The position numbers were made by a program, and so were the translations under genes. This document shows positions 16,199 to 32,146 of a stretch of 64,000 bases of DNA, in pieces. Location: the NCBI RefSeq assembly GCF_009914755.1, contig NC_060926.1; one strand, given 5' to 3'. Source of the stretch: the human T2T-CHM13v2.0 reference genome, Homo sapiens. Position 1 is the first letter of the stretch, and every line of letters starts with the position of its first letter. The notes under the pieces are model-generated. The model made no database searches and was not told the origin of the DNA. It worked only from the letters and a program-made list of their open reading frames with translations.

Positions 16199-16254
16199 AA
16201 AATACAGAGAACAAACAAGCAAACAAAAAATACAGAGAACAAACAAGCAAACAA
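16199..16254. repeat. Perfect 28-bp tandem duplication
   Basis: aaaatacagagaacaaacaagcaaacaa x2. Confidence 0.9.
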
Positions 16255-16565
16255 CACAGCTTCATCCACCCTTCATTCCCCTCCAGCTACTCTCCAATCT
16301 CTCTCCTGCCTTTCTCATCCAAATTCTCCAGCGTTGTTTGGACTCACCATCTCTATACCTTCCACTCACGCCTCAGACCTCAGCAATTTTCTGTGACCCG
16401 CATGCCTCCACAGGCACAGACCTTGCTCTCACTAAGCTCCCGATGATTCCATAATGGTCACATCCAATTGGCTGAGCTGACACCTCTAACCACTCTCTGC
16501 TCATCTGGCTCTCCTGGCGCCAACTCCCCTGGCCTCCCTGGCTGTCCTTGATCAGACCCCCTTAG

Positions 16566-16952
<387 letters not shown>

Positions 16953-17005
16953 CGCTTTTCATATTTTATTGAATGCAATATTGAAGTGAGATAAGCATTA
17001 TCTCC

Positions 17006-17410
17006 TTTTTTTTTTCTTTTTTGAGACAGGGTCTTTGTCGCCCAGACTGGAGTGCGGTGGCACAATCTCAGCTCACTGCAGCCTCAACCTCCTGCGCTCA
17101 AGTGATCCTCCTGCCTCAGCACCCCCAAGTAACTGAGACTACAGGCACAGGCCACCACGCCTGGCTAATTTTTGTATTTTTGTAGAGATGAGGTTTTACT
17201 GTGTTGCCCAGTACTGTGTTGCCCAGGCTGGTCTTGAACTCAAGCGATCTGCCAGCCTTGGCCTCCCAAAGTGCCAGGATTACAGGTGTGAGCCACCATG
17301 CCCAGCCAATTTTTGTATTTTATAGAGACGAGGTTTTACTATGTTGGCCAGGCTGGTCTCGAACTCAAGCGATCAGACAGCCTTGGCCTCCCAAAGTGCC
17401 AGGATTACAG
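17006..17410 (-). mobile_element. Alu (AluJ-like) with duplicated left monomer
   Basis: Antisense Alu followed by a second copy of its left arm. Confidence 0.85.
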
Positions 17411-18575
17411 CAGTATTTCCACTTTGCAGTTAAAAGAGCTGGGGCTCAGAGAAGTTTAGCAACGTGCCTTCAGTCACACAGCTTGCAGGTGCTGGATTTT
17501 AGTCTTATTCCCCTTCATATCTTAGTACCTATGGCATGTTTGAATGAATGAGTGAATCTCACATTTTCAGTGGCAGGCCGAACTCTGGAGGTCAGAGTCT
17601 CATAAGTTGGTCACCTGACAACATCCAGAGTCCTCCCTGCAGGTCTACGGCCTGGGCTGCCTCCCATGAGGGGAGCAGAGGTGGGTGGAGGGGTGAGATG
17701 TATGTGTATGGTGATTGGAAGCATGGGTAGCTGTTTCTTGTCCACAGGGAGACAGCACGAGATACAGGAAGGCATGTTCTGTCCAGTCTAAACCCTGCGT
17801 ATAATCAGTGTGAAATCCTGGTTAAGTTGTTTATTTTCTGTGCCTGGTCCAGAGGCTGGGCTGACATCTCTACATGTCAGTGCTGTAATTCTCTCCGAGG
17901 CTCCCCTTCCTTAGGAAGTCCTTCCAAGGCCCCACTTGAGGGGTCTGCATGAAACTGCAGGTCAGATAATGCCATTCCTCTCCTTGCACAGTCTTCAGAG
18001 TTTCCCGGGGCTGCAGAGCAAGCCCCGACCCTCTCACAGAGCATTCTGGGTCTCCCCCGATGGCCCTCATCCCGCTCCCCGGGCCTGGATCCTCTTGCCA
18101 GACCCCAGACTCACAGGCGCATCTCCTCCACGCTTGCCTTAGGCTGCCTCCTCGGCCTGGAATGCCATTCCTCCTTCCTACCCGTTTAGACCCCATTTCC
18201 TACCCGTTTTGATCCTACTTCCAGGCCCAGCACGGATGCTGCTTTTCTGTGGAGCCTCTCCGGTGCCCTAGTCAGACAGTATGGAGGGTATCCCTGAGTG
18301 CTCATCTCTGTAGCAGGGTTACTTTGTCCTGTCGGGCGTGACAGTGAACGTTCACCTTCTCTGCTTGGCATTACAGACAGCATTCGCTTAGAAATGTGGG
18401 CTCATGGGTGAGAGCTGGAGGGGGTTGAAGGCAACATCTAGTTTGAGCCTCTTATTCTATAGACATATCTGTCTCCTCCGCATGAGAGGCATCTCTGTCA
18501 CCTGGGTCTGTCTTATAGGAATGGAGGGCCGGCCTGTCATAACTTTAAAGACAGTGTGGGTGTATGGACATGCGA

Positions 18576-18590
18576 GTGTGTGTGTGTGTG

Positions 18591-18633
<43 letters not shown>
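18576..18633. repeat. (TG)n microsatellite
   Basis: Interrupted TG run. Confidence 0.95.
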
Positions 18634-18636
<3 letters not shown>

Positions 18637-20371
18637 CTTTTCCCCAGGGAAAAAGAAGGAAGATTCACACCTGACATTATTGAGCAATTACTATATGCCG
18701 GCAATAGGACTGTTATTTCTAACATTACTTCATTTATTCCTAACAAAACCCCTTGTTAGGACATTTTTTTCAGATGAAGAAACTGAAGCTCAGAGGAATT
18801 AAATCAGCTTGCCAAGTTTACACAAGAGGGCCCGGGGCAGGATTCCAGCCCCACTGTGTCTGAGCCCACAGCCAGTGTTCTGGGAGTTCTGAGTTGGACA
18901 CTGGGTGCATACTGGCTTGTGGGGTGTGAGACGGGAGGGGGGCCTAGATCTGAGGCCTCTCTTCCGAGAGTGTGTCAGTGGGGGCCATGTTTTTGGTTCC
19001 AGAATGAGAGTTTGTAAACGCCGCCACCTTTCCCCTCAGCCTGGCTCACCCCTCCTTCCTTTCTCTGTCACCTTGGTGTGGGCTCTACTGTTCCCACCAG
19101 CTTTGTCTGAGGAGATGAGAACTCTGGCTGGAGACGTCTCAGAGGTCTCTGAAAGTCGGAGCGGGTGGTGTCATGACAGAAAGAGAAGCTGTGGGAGCGG
19201 CAGCCCCAGGGCTGTGGTGGGTGGGATGAGTCTGCCCAGCTCCTTGGGAGCAGAGTGGGCGTGGAGCTGCACGCTCCCTGTGGACTGTGCGAGGCCCGGG
19301 TGGTTGGGGTTTTGTGCTTGGGACTGAACTTCTTTACTGGGCCAGCCCTAGCTAGCTTTTGTTCCCTTTCCACTTGACACTTGAGTCCCCTGTGTCACCT
19401 TTCTTCATTCCTATGGCCCCGGTCACTATGGAACCTCTGTAGCCATAGCATTAATGGGAGGAGGGGACAACGGTTACTTACCCCGGGTCGCCCCATTCCC
19501 TGGGCTGGGAAACGGAGGCTGAGAGGGGAGAAGCCAGCCAGGCAGAGCAATTCAGAGCATCAGGAAGTGAGGACAAGATCCTGGTCACCAGAATCCACTG
19601 GCTCATTTAGCCCTTTGGGTCAGGGGCTGGCTGTTCTAACAGGGGAGAGTAGCGCCTTAGTGTCCAGAGCAGTGCTGGGTGTGATGGGGCCTCGGTGAAT
19701 TGTGCCTTGGGGGTCAGGTGCTCAGTGGTGTCTGCCCTGTCCACACTTGTGCTGGACTTCCTGATTCTGATTTTTATAGTTTGGATATGGATCATTCAGT
19801 TCCTACAGGTCCCTGGGCCAAAGTGATTTCCTGGGGTGGTGCCTCTCACTGCGCTCACGTTAGTCAGGCTTGTTTGTCCATAGCAGCTTTGGCCACCTCC
19901 TCTTGGGCGGGCACCTAGGAGATCCTGCACTAGACCCTGGGGCCTGAAGGGTCGAAGGTGTAGACCCTGAGAGGGTCTCAAAGGGGCTCTGCTGGAGGGG
20001 ATGCTTTGGCGAGCCATGGAATGGCTCCAGATTTCCTTTCCATACTGCTGGTGTCCTGGGACCAGGGGGAACCTGGGCTGCCTTGGCATGTTGACCTCTG
20101 ACCACTGAAGAGGCTACGGTGGGAAAACTGTCTTGTTCAGAAGGCCCACTGCAGTAGGGGTGGCTGTTGAAACTTAAGCATCCCGTAACCTCAGGCGGCT
20201 CGAGTCTTCTTTTTAGCCTCCTAGAGAGTGATCACTTTGGGGAAACTGAAGCAGCAATGACCATTCTGACAGCCTAGGGTAAGAAATAGGGCCGAGATCT
20301 TATTATAAAGTGAATCTGAACTACAGACCAGTGATTTTTTGATCCTGTCTGAACATCAAAATCAGAAGTTA

Positions 20372-20702
<331 letters not shown>

Positions 20703-22316
20703 CTATTTCCTAGACCTAATTCAGCAGGGGCTGGAGGTGGGGCGTGGAAATCTGTAATTTTAATTGGTTTCCAGGCTATTGTAATCTGCAGTTAAGGAGA
20801 ACAAAGACTGTAGCTAAATATTGCTTTTCTGCATATAATTTTCGTAGAAAGTGTATCCTCTGGTTAGAGATATGGGGAACAGGTGGGGCTTGCAACTCTC
20901 ACAGCCCCCAAATCCCAGGACCCCAGCTTGTTTGCTATAATTCAGCCATGGAAGGTCTGTGCCAGCCTGCCACATTCCTGCTGGGCTTTGTCTGGAAACC
21001 AGCTGCCTGGCCAATCTCTTGAGCCTCTTCCCTAGCTCAGGGGGTGAAGTTTGGGGTGTTGGTGCCTGTGGAATAGAATCTTCCCTCGCCTTGTCTAGGA
21101 GAGGTGCTGTGTCTCACAGGGGTTCAGGACTGCTTTTCACCACCGTGTGGCCACATCCTTATCCCAGTAGATATTAAACAGAGAGTTCCCCTCTCCCTGG
21201 TTGTGAGGAAAATTCTCCTCAGACAGGGAACTCATGTCTTGAGGTTCTAAGCAGTGAGACCAGGCTGGGGCCAAGCTGGGCTGGGTGCTGGGCTGGGTGC
21301 TGTGCTGGGCCGGGCACTGGGCTGGACACCTGTGTTTGAGTTGAGGGTTGCTAGGAGCTACTCTGCCTTCTGGGGCCTGGGTGGGGCAGTGGCTGGCTGG
21401 CTTCCAGACAGAAGGCAAGTTTCTCAGTTCCTGAGTTGGGATTTGTTGCTCAGAAAAGGGAGTTGGCACAGGTTCCTGCCCTGTCCCCAGACGCTTTGTG
21501 GACGAGAACTCCTCTCTGGGGTAGAAATTAGGAGCTGTGGGCTTCACCCCTGGTCTTACCACAGATCAGCTCTGGAAGCACCTCTGTTACCTGTTAGGGG
21601 AAAACGGGTCACCATTATCGCAGCAAAGGATTCATAGAATTGTGTGAAGCTGCAGAGTGTGCAGTGAGACCCTGTCACATGGAAATAAAATGAAGTTAGG
21701 TCAAGGGCAAGAGCTGAGGGCTGACCCAGAGGCTGAAGGGAGGGCTGGAGGGATCAAGGTGTGGGCAATGCGGTGGCTGAGGGGGGTCACAGGTGTGGCT
21801 TGTTCAGTCAGGTGAGAAGGAGCACCAAGGACGTCATGGAGGTCATGACCGCGCATCCTGAGAGAGACTGGAGAACTGGTGTCCGAGAGGCCCCGCCAAC
21901 ACCTGTGTGATCAGTGGTTGCAGAGGCCAACATCGCCATGGGCTTTCAGGGCAGCTGGCGGACTCAGGGGCATCTGAAGCAAATTGAAACTGATGGAGAA
22001 ACACAGTGTCAGACACTACCTTGAAAAAAATCATCTTTCCCCGCGACCCTAAAGGTGTCCATGTCTCAGTGACAAGGGATGGCAGGTTGATGGGTTTTGT
22101 TGACACTCTTCATAACGAACTCTTCCCAAAACCACACGGCCTCGCACTTGGGAACTGAAACATTTGTGAGTCCAATGTCAGAAAAATGGCATCCTTTGGT
22201 TTAGTGGCCGATTTCTTCATGACAATAATGCTTTAGCCCCTGAAGGGCTTTTTGTGAAGTAGTTTAAAAGTGTTAATTTGCTTTTACTGACTTCTCCTTT
22301 CTCCTCTCACCCTTAG

Positions 22317-22426
22317 GTCCCGGATGTTACAGGTCAGAGCCCTCCAGACCCCCAAGGACTGTACTCACTGCCCAGAAATAGCTGCTGCCTCTGGGCAACC
22401 TTGTAGGCACCTTCTCCACCCAGGAC
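22317..22426 (+). other. TOGARAM2: 5'UTR part of TOGARAM2 exon 2
   Basis: Branch point TACTGAC (22285-22291), polypyrimidine tract, TTAG acceptor ending 22316; 110 nt precede the ATG. Confidence 0.8.
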
Positions 22427-22454
22427 ATGGGCACCCGTGACGATGTCCCCGAAG
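22427..22454 (+). CDS. TOGARAM2: TOGARAM2 exon 2 coding part (MGTRDDVPE), 28 nt
   Basis: Strong Kozak GACATGG; donor AAG|GTAAGG; phase 1 joins exon 3. Confidence 0.93.
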
Positions 22455-23693
22455 GTAAGGGGCACCATGGGAGGCCTGCTGCTGGTGTTTTCCAGGCTAG
22501 GGGACCTGCCTCGGACACTCCCAAGGGCCAGAAAAAGGGAGATGTGGGGATAAAGGGCTGCTGGGAGATAACAGCCAGGTGGCCGTGCCTTTCCAGCCCT
22601 GGCCAGCTCCCCACATGCTGCTGCTCAGCTGGCTGTCTGGGTGGCTCCCTGGCCTAAGGAGGTGCTTGGTGTTCCAGGGCCTTGGCCTGAGCTTTATCTC
22701 CACTCTCTGCAGCAGGGTGGTTGGTTCCTTGAGGGGCTAATTCTGTTCTGTGGTCAAGGTTATGTGGATGGGCAGGGGATATGGGCCGGGCCCTCAGGGA
22801 GGGTGAACGACTCTGTTTCCTTAGCCAACCAAGTGGGGTAGTGGGAGCAGTGTGTGGCCAGTTAGCATCAGGAGATGGGCCTTGAGGCCTGGCTCTGCTT
22901 TTGGGAGCTGGCTGGGTGAGCCTCAGTTTCCCCTGGAAAGTGAGGGGATTGGTTCTGCCCCAGATGAAATGGGTGCTAGCAAGGTGCAGAGCTGCTTCAT
23001 CCTGCATGGGCTGGAGCAGGGGCCAGATGGCCATTTGGAAGGAAGGCAGAGAAGCAGGATGGCCAGAGCAGCGGTTCAGGAGACAGCGCATGATGCACAC
23101 GGCAGAACTCCCCGGGGCTTCGACATATGAATCGGAGAAGACCTGCTTACTTTAGTGCTAAAGCAGATCCCACCTGAATGTAGATTCCAGTGGAGAAGTG
23201 GGAGGTGCTGAGATCTTAGAAAGAAAAATCTACAAATCTAGAAATAGGATAAAGATGTTGTATGAACCTTTAGTGCTGTCAACTCCTTTGCTTTACTGAT
23301 GTGGGAACTGAGACTCAGAGAAGTTAGCTTATTTCCTCAAGGTCACACAGGTGGAAAAAGTGGGAACCCAGGCTCCTGAGTTCCAGACTAGGAGTCTTGC
23401 AGCCTGGGGATGGACGAGCTGGGTTTCCACCTGCGTGGTGGCTTCTCCAGGTGGTGGCTTAGGTCCCCATGGATGGTCCTGAGGTGGGCTCGGGAAGGGC
23501 TGAGCCAGGAGGGTGTGGGACCCACGTTTGTGAAGTGCCTACTTAGCAGCAGGTACAGTACTACAGAGATGAGTAAGACACAGTGACTGTTCCTAGGGAA
23601 GCTGCAGGGCAGGAACAGAGAGAGGCATGGGGAAGAGAGAGTAACACAGGGCTGTGCCTGGGGCTGTGGGAACACAGGAGAGGGAGGGCTTCT

Positions 23694-24878
23694 CTTTCTC
23701 TTTTAAAAATATTGACACATAATAGTTGTACATATTTTCTGGGTGTACATGTGATATTTGGATACAGGCATTCAATGAGTAATGATCAAATTAGGGTAAT
23801 TGGGATTTCCAGCACCTCAACCACTGGCCATTTCTTGATGTTGGGAACATTCCAATTCTAGCTATTTTGAATTATACAATACATTATTATGAGCTATAGT
23901 CACCCTACTATACTATCAAACAATAGCTCTCATTCCTTCTATCTAACTGTATTTTTGTACCCATTAACCAACCTCTCTTCATTCCACCCCCTTCTCTTCC
24001 CAGTCTCTGGTAACCACCATTCTGTTCTCTGCCTCTGTGAGACTGACTTTTTAAGCTCCCATATATGAATGAAAACAAGTAGAATTTGTCTCTCTGTGCC
24101 TGGCTTACTTCACTTAAGATAATGACTGCCAGGCTGGGAGTGGTGGCTCACATCTGTAATCCTAGCACTTTGGGAGGCAGAGGCGGGCAGATTGCATGAG
24201 CTCAGGATTTCGAGACCAGCCTGGGCAACATGGTGAAACCCTGTCTCTATGAAAATACAAAAAAATTAGCTGGGCATGGTGGCAGGTGCCTGTAATCCCA
24301 GCTACTAGGGGGAGCTGAGGCAGGAGAATCACTTGAACCCAGGAGGCGGAGGTTGCAGTGAGCCGAGATCGCACCACTGAGACTCCATCTCAAAAAAAAA
24401 AAAAAAAAAAAAAAAAAGATAATGACCTCCAGTTCCATCCATGTTGCTGCAAGTGGCAGGATTTGATTCTTTTTTTATTCTTTTTTATGGCCTAATAGTA
24501 TCCCATTGTGTATATGTGCCACATTTTCTTTATCCATTCATCCATTGATGGACACTTAGGCTGATTCCATGTCTTGGCTATTGTGAATAATGTAATAAAC
24601 ATGAGAGTGCAGATAGCTCTTCAATGTACTGATTTACTTTCTGTTGGATATTCATCCAGCAGTGACCTCAAAAGCACAGGCAACAAAAGCAAAAATAGAC
24701 AAATGGGATTCCATCAAGTTAAAAAGCTTCTGTAGACACAAGGAAACAGTCAACAGAGTGAAGAATAGGAGAAAATATTTGCAAACTATCCATCCGACAA
24801 AGGATTAATAACCAGATAAGGAACTCAAACAACTCAGTAACAAAAACAGAGAATCTGCTTTAAAAACTGGCAAAAGAT
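23694..24878 (-). mobile_element. L1 (L1MA-like) 3' end with 5' inversion
   Basis: Antisense L1 3' end to ~24664, then a sense L1 ORF2 piece to ~24878; flanking ggaRggcttct direct repeat. Confidence 0.8.
24132..24417 (+). mobile_element. Alu nested in L1
   Basis: Sense Alu; TSD aagataatgac..cca. Confidence 0.92.
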
Positions 24879-25504
24879 GGAAGGCTTCTTAAAGGAGCGC
24901 ATGCCTTAGCTGAACTTCCCCTCCTCTTTCCTGACTCCTGCTCCCTGTATGCTCTCAGCTCAGTGGTCCCTCCCTCTGGGAAGCTTTTTCTGTCCCCATC
25001 TCTGGCCGGGCTCCCAGGCCCCGCACTGTCATTGCTTCTTAATCATTGTGTTCTCCGCCAGACTTCAAGTCTCACTGAGGACTGAGTCAGCCTTGCCCAC
25101 TACTGTCTCACTGCACAGAGAGTGTTCACAAATCTCTGTGTCGCGGATAGAGGGTGTCTTTTGCTGAGCCGAGGGACGTTAGGAGAGAAGAGGGAAGATC
25201 AGTGTAGGACATGCTGATGAGGTGCCTGGGGACTTCCAAAAAGGAATTGGCAAGGTAATTGGATGCTCTGTAACGGGTGGGATTGGTCAGGGCGGAAGCC
25301 GTAGGGTAGGGGATTATCTGCAGGGTGTGGCAGTGAGGAAGTGTCCTGGGGAGAGCAGCTGGTGGACAGAGGTTGGGGATGGGCACTCCATCGGTCAATG
25401 ATGTTGGGTGATGGAAGAGGGGTGCCCATGAAGGAGATGAAAAGGCATGGAGGGGGGTTTGGAACAAAGCCAGGATGCGAGGAGGGAGGAGGCAGCCAGG
25501 CTGA

Positions 25505-25978
<474 letters not shown>

Positions 25979-26587
25979 TGATTCTTTCAAAGGCAGGTTC
26001 TTTTGATCCTGTGCCTCAGAGGTTGGAGGTGTGCAGAGGGGGACCCGCAGGAATAGGGAGCAGGGCTCTCTGCATGCGCCTGGACCTGGGAGTGCACTCA
26101 GCACCCAGGTTGGCAATGGGGAGGGGGCCCCTCTCAAGATGTCCACTCAGCGTCTCTGCCACTTGTCCAGCATCTGCAGCCTGGGTCTCTGGAGGGGCTG
26201 GGGTGTGGCCAAGCTTCTGAGAGCCCACCTGTCTGAATGCTCCCCCAGGGCCCAGGTGAAGAGCACCACTTCCTGAAGGTCTTCTAGAACCTCTTACCTC
26301 CTCTAAATGTGCAGAGTATTTTGTTTCTCTCCCATCTGGTGTGTCTGCTGGGGGTGGGGGTGATTTGCTCTGAGATGCCTGAGTTCCTCCTTGTAGTCTG
26401 TGCTTGGCATAGGTCAGTGCTCGGGGATCTGATGACTTTGTTGGACCCTGGAGATTGGTGGATGGTGGTCCCTGGGCAGACGACCTTCCCTATGATTCAC
26501 GGCCTCTTGTCTGTGCTGCCATAGGACTGCCTGTGGATTCCCCCTTTTGTCCTGAGCACCTTGTGGCATGGGTCTTGTGAAGATTAG

Positions 26588-27172
<585 letters not shown>

Positions 27173-28920
27173 TGATCGGTGGGTACATACCAGGTACCTT
27201 CTCTATGGCTTCAGCGACCTCCTTGGAGCTGAGCCTCCCTCCCGGGCTCTGCAGTGCTTCCCGACTGGCCTCTTCATTCCCACCCTTGCGCCTTCTAGTC
27301 TTGCTCCAGAAGGATCCTTTTAAGCAAATGTTCTTCCCATTTCCACCAACTATGCTCAAAATCAGCCAGTAGGTTTTGGATGTGCTTAGACTAAGATCCC
27401 AAATGTTCCCTTATGCACAAGACCTTCTGGCCCTGGCCTCACCCCAACTGTGTCACTCTCTGCCTTCGGTCTCTGCTGTCCAGGGCCTGGGGCTTGTGGG
27501 CTCTTTCCTGCCTGAGGTTTAGAGCCACTGCTCCTCCCCCACCCCTCCTCCGTTTCCCACTCAGAAAATCCCCACCCAGCCTCCCTTCTTGGCTTCAAAG
27601 CCCTCCTCAAAGAGGCCTCCTTGACTCCCCAATGTGAGTTTGCCCCTTAGGATGCTCTCCAATAATGCCCTATCATTTTTTTCCTTCAGTTCTTTTCATG
27701 GTTTGCATTTATATTTTTACTTTTGTGACTATTTAAAACCTGAATCTTGCATGTAATTGTCAGCTCCAAGAGGGCAGTGACTGAGATCTCGGTGTGAGGC
27801 ACAGTCGCTTGGCAGCTAGGAGGCTCTCAAGAAACGTTTGTTGAGCAGATGAACAAGGGATTCAACAGCAGGCACTTTATACTGTCTCTCATCTGTGTGG
27901 TGGACAAGCCAAGTTCAAATCTTAGCCCCGATACTCACTGGCTCTGGGGCCTTGGGCAGGTCGGTAACATTTCAGGCCTCGATTTCCTCCTCTGTGGAAT
28001 GGGGACACTATTAATAATACTTCTGTGTTACTGTGGGGGTTTAATGAAAACTTGTACACAGAATTCTCAACACCTGGCATATGGGAAGAACTTAATACAT
28101 TGTTACTATTTTCCTTCCTTCTCTCCTCTTCTGGGTGAATCATACGGGCTCTTTTCAGCGGAATGAACTCTTGGGTAACAAGAGCAATAAGAAGTCTTGA
28201 GGTCTTAGGAAGAAAGGGGAAGTGCTCTCAAGAGGCACGTGGTTGCTGCCGTCAAGCCTGGGGTTGTGGTTGGCTGTTCTTCCCCTCCCCTGTGCAGACT
28301 GCTCCACCTGCTGAGCCTCTCCCTGGAGCCGTGGGGTGTCTCCAGCTCCCGGGGAGCCCAGGACAATGCCAGGGAGCCTCTGGGAGGAATCGTCCTGGCT
28401 GCACATTATGGAGGCAGAAGGTGGGGTTGGAATGCCCGAGAAGCTTCCTTAGAACTTCCAGTAGGTACAACTCCTAGAGCTGCCAGACCAACAACTCTCT
28501 CCCTTAGGGGCTTGAAGCCCTTTTCTAGATATTTCATTTCTTTTTTACAAAGTTCCAGCATAGGGAAAAAAAGAATGGAGTTGTTCTACCTAATGTTCTG
28601 ATGGGCAGTGACCTATAGACTTATCAGGCCCCTCAGCAAGCATGGAGGGCCGGGGATCTCTGGCCCCCGGGCAGTGCTGGGGCTGCTCTGGCCCCTGCAT
28701 TGAGGCTGAGTTGACTCCTCTGTGCCCTGACCCAGCTGGGGCTCAAGGTGGCCCGGCAAGTGGCACAGTCTCCACTTGACCACACCCCTTCTTTTCCATC
28801 CTTTCAGCTCCCCATAGGCTAACTACAACACAACAGTGCTCCAAGACAGAACAGAACCAGCACCGGAAGCCAGGAGGGGAGCGAGTGTGCAGGAACAGAG
28901 ATGATATTTTGACTTGGCTG

Positions 28921-29383
<463 letters not shown>

Positions 29384-30096
29384 TGACTTGGCTGTTTTGA
29401 TGCAGTGGTTTTGTTGAGGCCAGAATGAAAGTTAAAATGCTAGTCTTTTTTTTTTTTTTATTCCTCATCACTGATATTTACAAAGATAACCCTGAGCTCT
29501 TGGCCCAACCCAGTGCTTCTTGCCCTGTGCCTTTGCCTGAGGCATGGCTGTGGGGTGAGATGGGGTGGGGCACAGGGCGCTGAAGATGTCTGTTGGGCAC
29601 CTAAAGCATTCAGAGGGGAGCTGGAAGTGTGGCGGTCTGTCTTAGACTATGTTAGCTGTGTCAAAACAGCTACGCCCCACATCACCAGCCGAAAAGGAAG
29701 GGGAAACAGTGGCAGGTACTTGCCTGGCATCTTATATAAGTGATGTTATTGAATCACCCCATTTCACAGAAGTGTAATGGGGTTCAGAGAGACAGTGCCT
29801 TGCTCGAGGTCACATAGCTTCTACCCACGGCCAGGACCTGCCATGCTTCCTCCTGATCTGGCACTGCTTTTATTTCCCTTCCTTCCCACGCTGCCTCTGA
29901 ATTCTAAACAGGTAACTTGGATTGGCCCTTTCTGGAATGGCACAGACACTCAGAAGTGGCTGCTTGCTCAGTCTACCAGTGGTGGGGTTGGGGACAGATC
30001 TGATCTCTCTCCTCGCCATCCCAGTCCTTCCCAGGGCAGAAGGCCCCGTTGCTGGGGTCTGAATCCACCTTCCACTCCCTGTTCTTCTGGGACTAA

Positions 30097-30405
<309 letters not shown>

Positions 30406-31050
30406 TAGCCTCCACCAACCCCTGACTCCATGCCCTGAGCATCCCTGGAGGTGTCTTGAGGTCTGCAGTGAGGATAGGGACAGCACTGGGAGAGGCTCAA
30501 GGTGCTCATTTCACCACCTCCCCCAGCATCTCAAACCTCCATAGCTGGCCTGGGGGCTCTGGGTGGCTGTGCCAGAGGCTGCATGACCTTTGTCCTAGAA
30601 CTGGTGGTCCCCTAGGCCTTCTCTGGTCTAAATGTTCCAGAATTCCTCCTGCTTTCTGGCCCTCTCCATTTTAAGCAAGAGTGTGGCAAAGAATGCTGGG
30701 CTAGGACTCAGATTTGGGCCTTGGTTTCTGTTTGCCCCTCACTGGCTGTGTGACCTTGTGCAAGTCACACCCCTCTTTGGGCCCCAGTTTGCACATCTAT
30801 GAAAATAGAGGTTTGGCCCAGATGTGTTTGAAGGTCCTTCCAGCTCTGATGTTCTAGGATTTTTCTGAAATGAGAACAGAAAAACGAATAATAATAGTCA
30901 CAAAAGGGCTTGCCAGTCTCCTCACCAGGAGTGGTAAGGAAGCAGTCAGGCTTCTGGGGGTCCCAGGGTGGTGTGGCTGAAAAGAGACAGCAGGTCCCAC
31001 ACTGTGTGAGGTGCCTGGAGGTGAGCATTCACCATGGGATGTTGCCATAG

Positions 31051-31272
<222 letters not shown>

Positions 31273-31576
31273 TAAGAGCTCTAAGTCAAACCTTCCTTGC
31301 TGACTTCTCTCCCTCTGTCCCCCTGAGATCCACTGGGGCTCCTTGTGGCTGACCCTCCATGCTGTGGCAGAGTTCTTGGGACACCAGGCAGGGAAAGGGC
31401 TGGGGGCTCCACCCATGAGCCACAGACCTAGGGAGGTCCCAGCATGGTTGCCGGGGCTTCTCTGCCTCTTGGCTCCGGCAGGCTGGGTCAATGGCATCAC
31501 GAACAATGTCTCCAGCCTCTGTCTTCTCCCAGTGCCTTAGTGGATGAGGTTGCCGGAGTAATGAATAAAACACTAA

Positions 31577-31871
<295 letters not shown>

Positions 31872-32146
31872 ATGAATAAAACACTATTTTAAAGCATGAT
31901 TGAGTTCATGGCAGCTCTTTGTAATTAAATCTTTTCTTAATTGATGGATACTAAAAATACAACCAGTATCATGTGTATGGGAGACAGTCCACAAACTTTT
32001 GGACTTGAAAAGGGGTCTTCATATCCCACAAACAAGTGGGGAAGAGGATCTTTGTGTTGGCATAAATCGGGTTATGGCTTGTAAGTAAGACAGTGCTCTA
32101 GATGGCCAGCAACATCCCCGTGGTCAGTCCAGAGTGATGTCAGAGC

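Noticed and set aside
21267-21325. GCTGG/GGGCT repeats resembling Ig switch repeats or a G-quadruplex
   Set aside because: Only ~60 bp; too short and too common in GC-rich introns.
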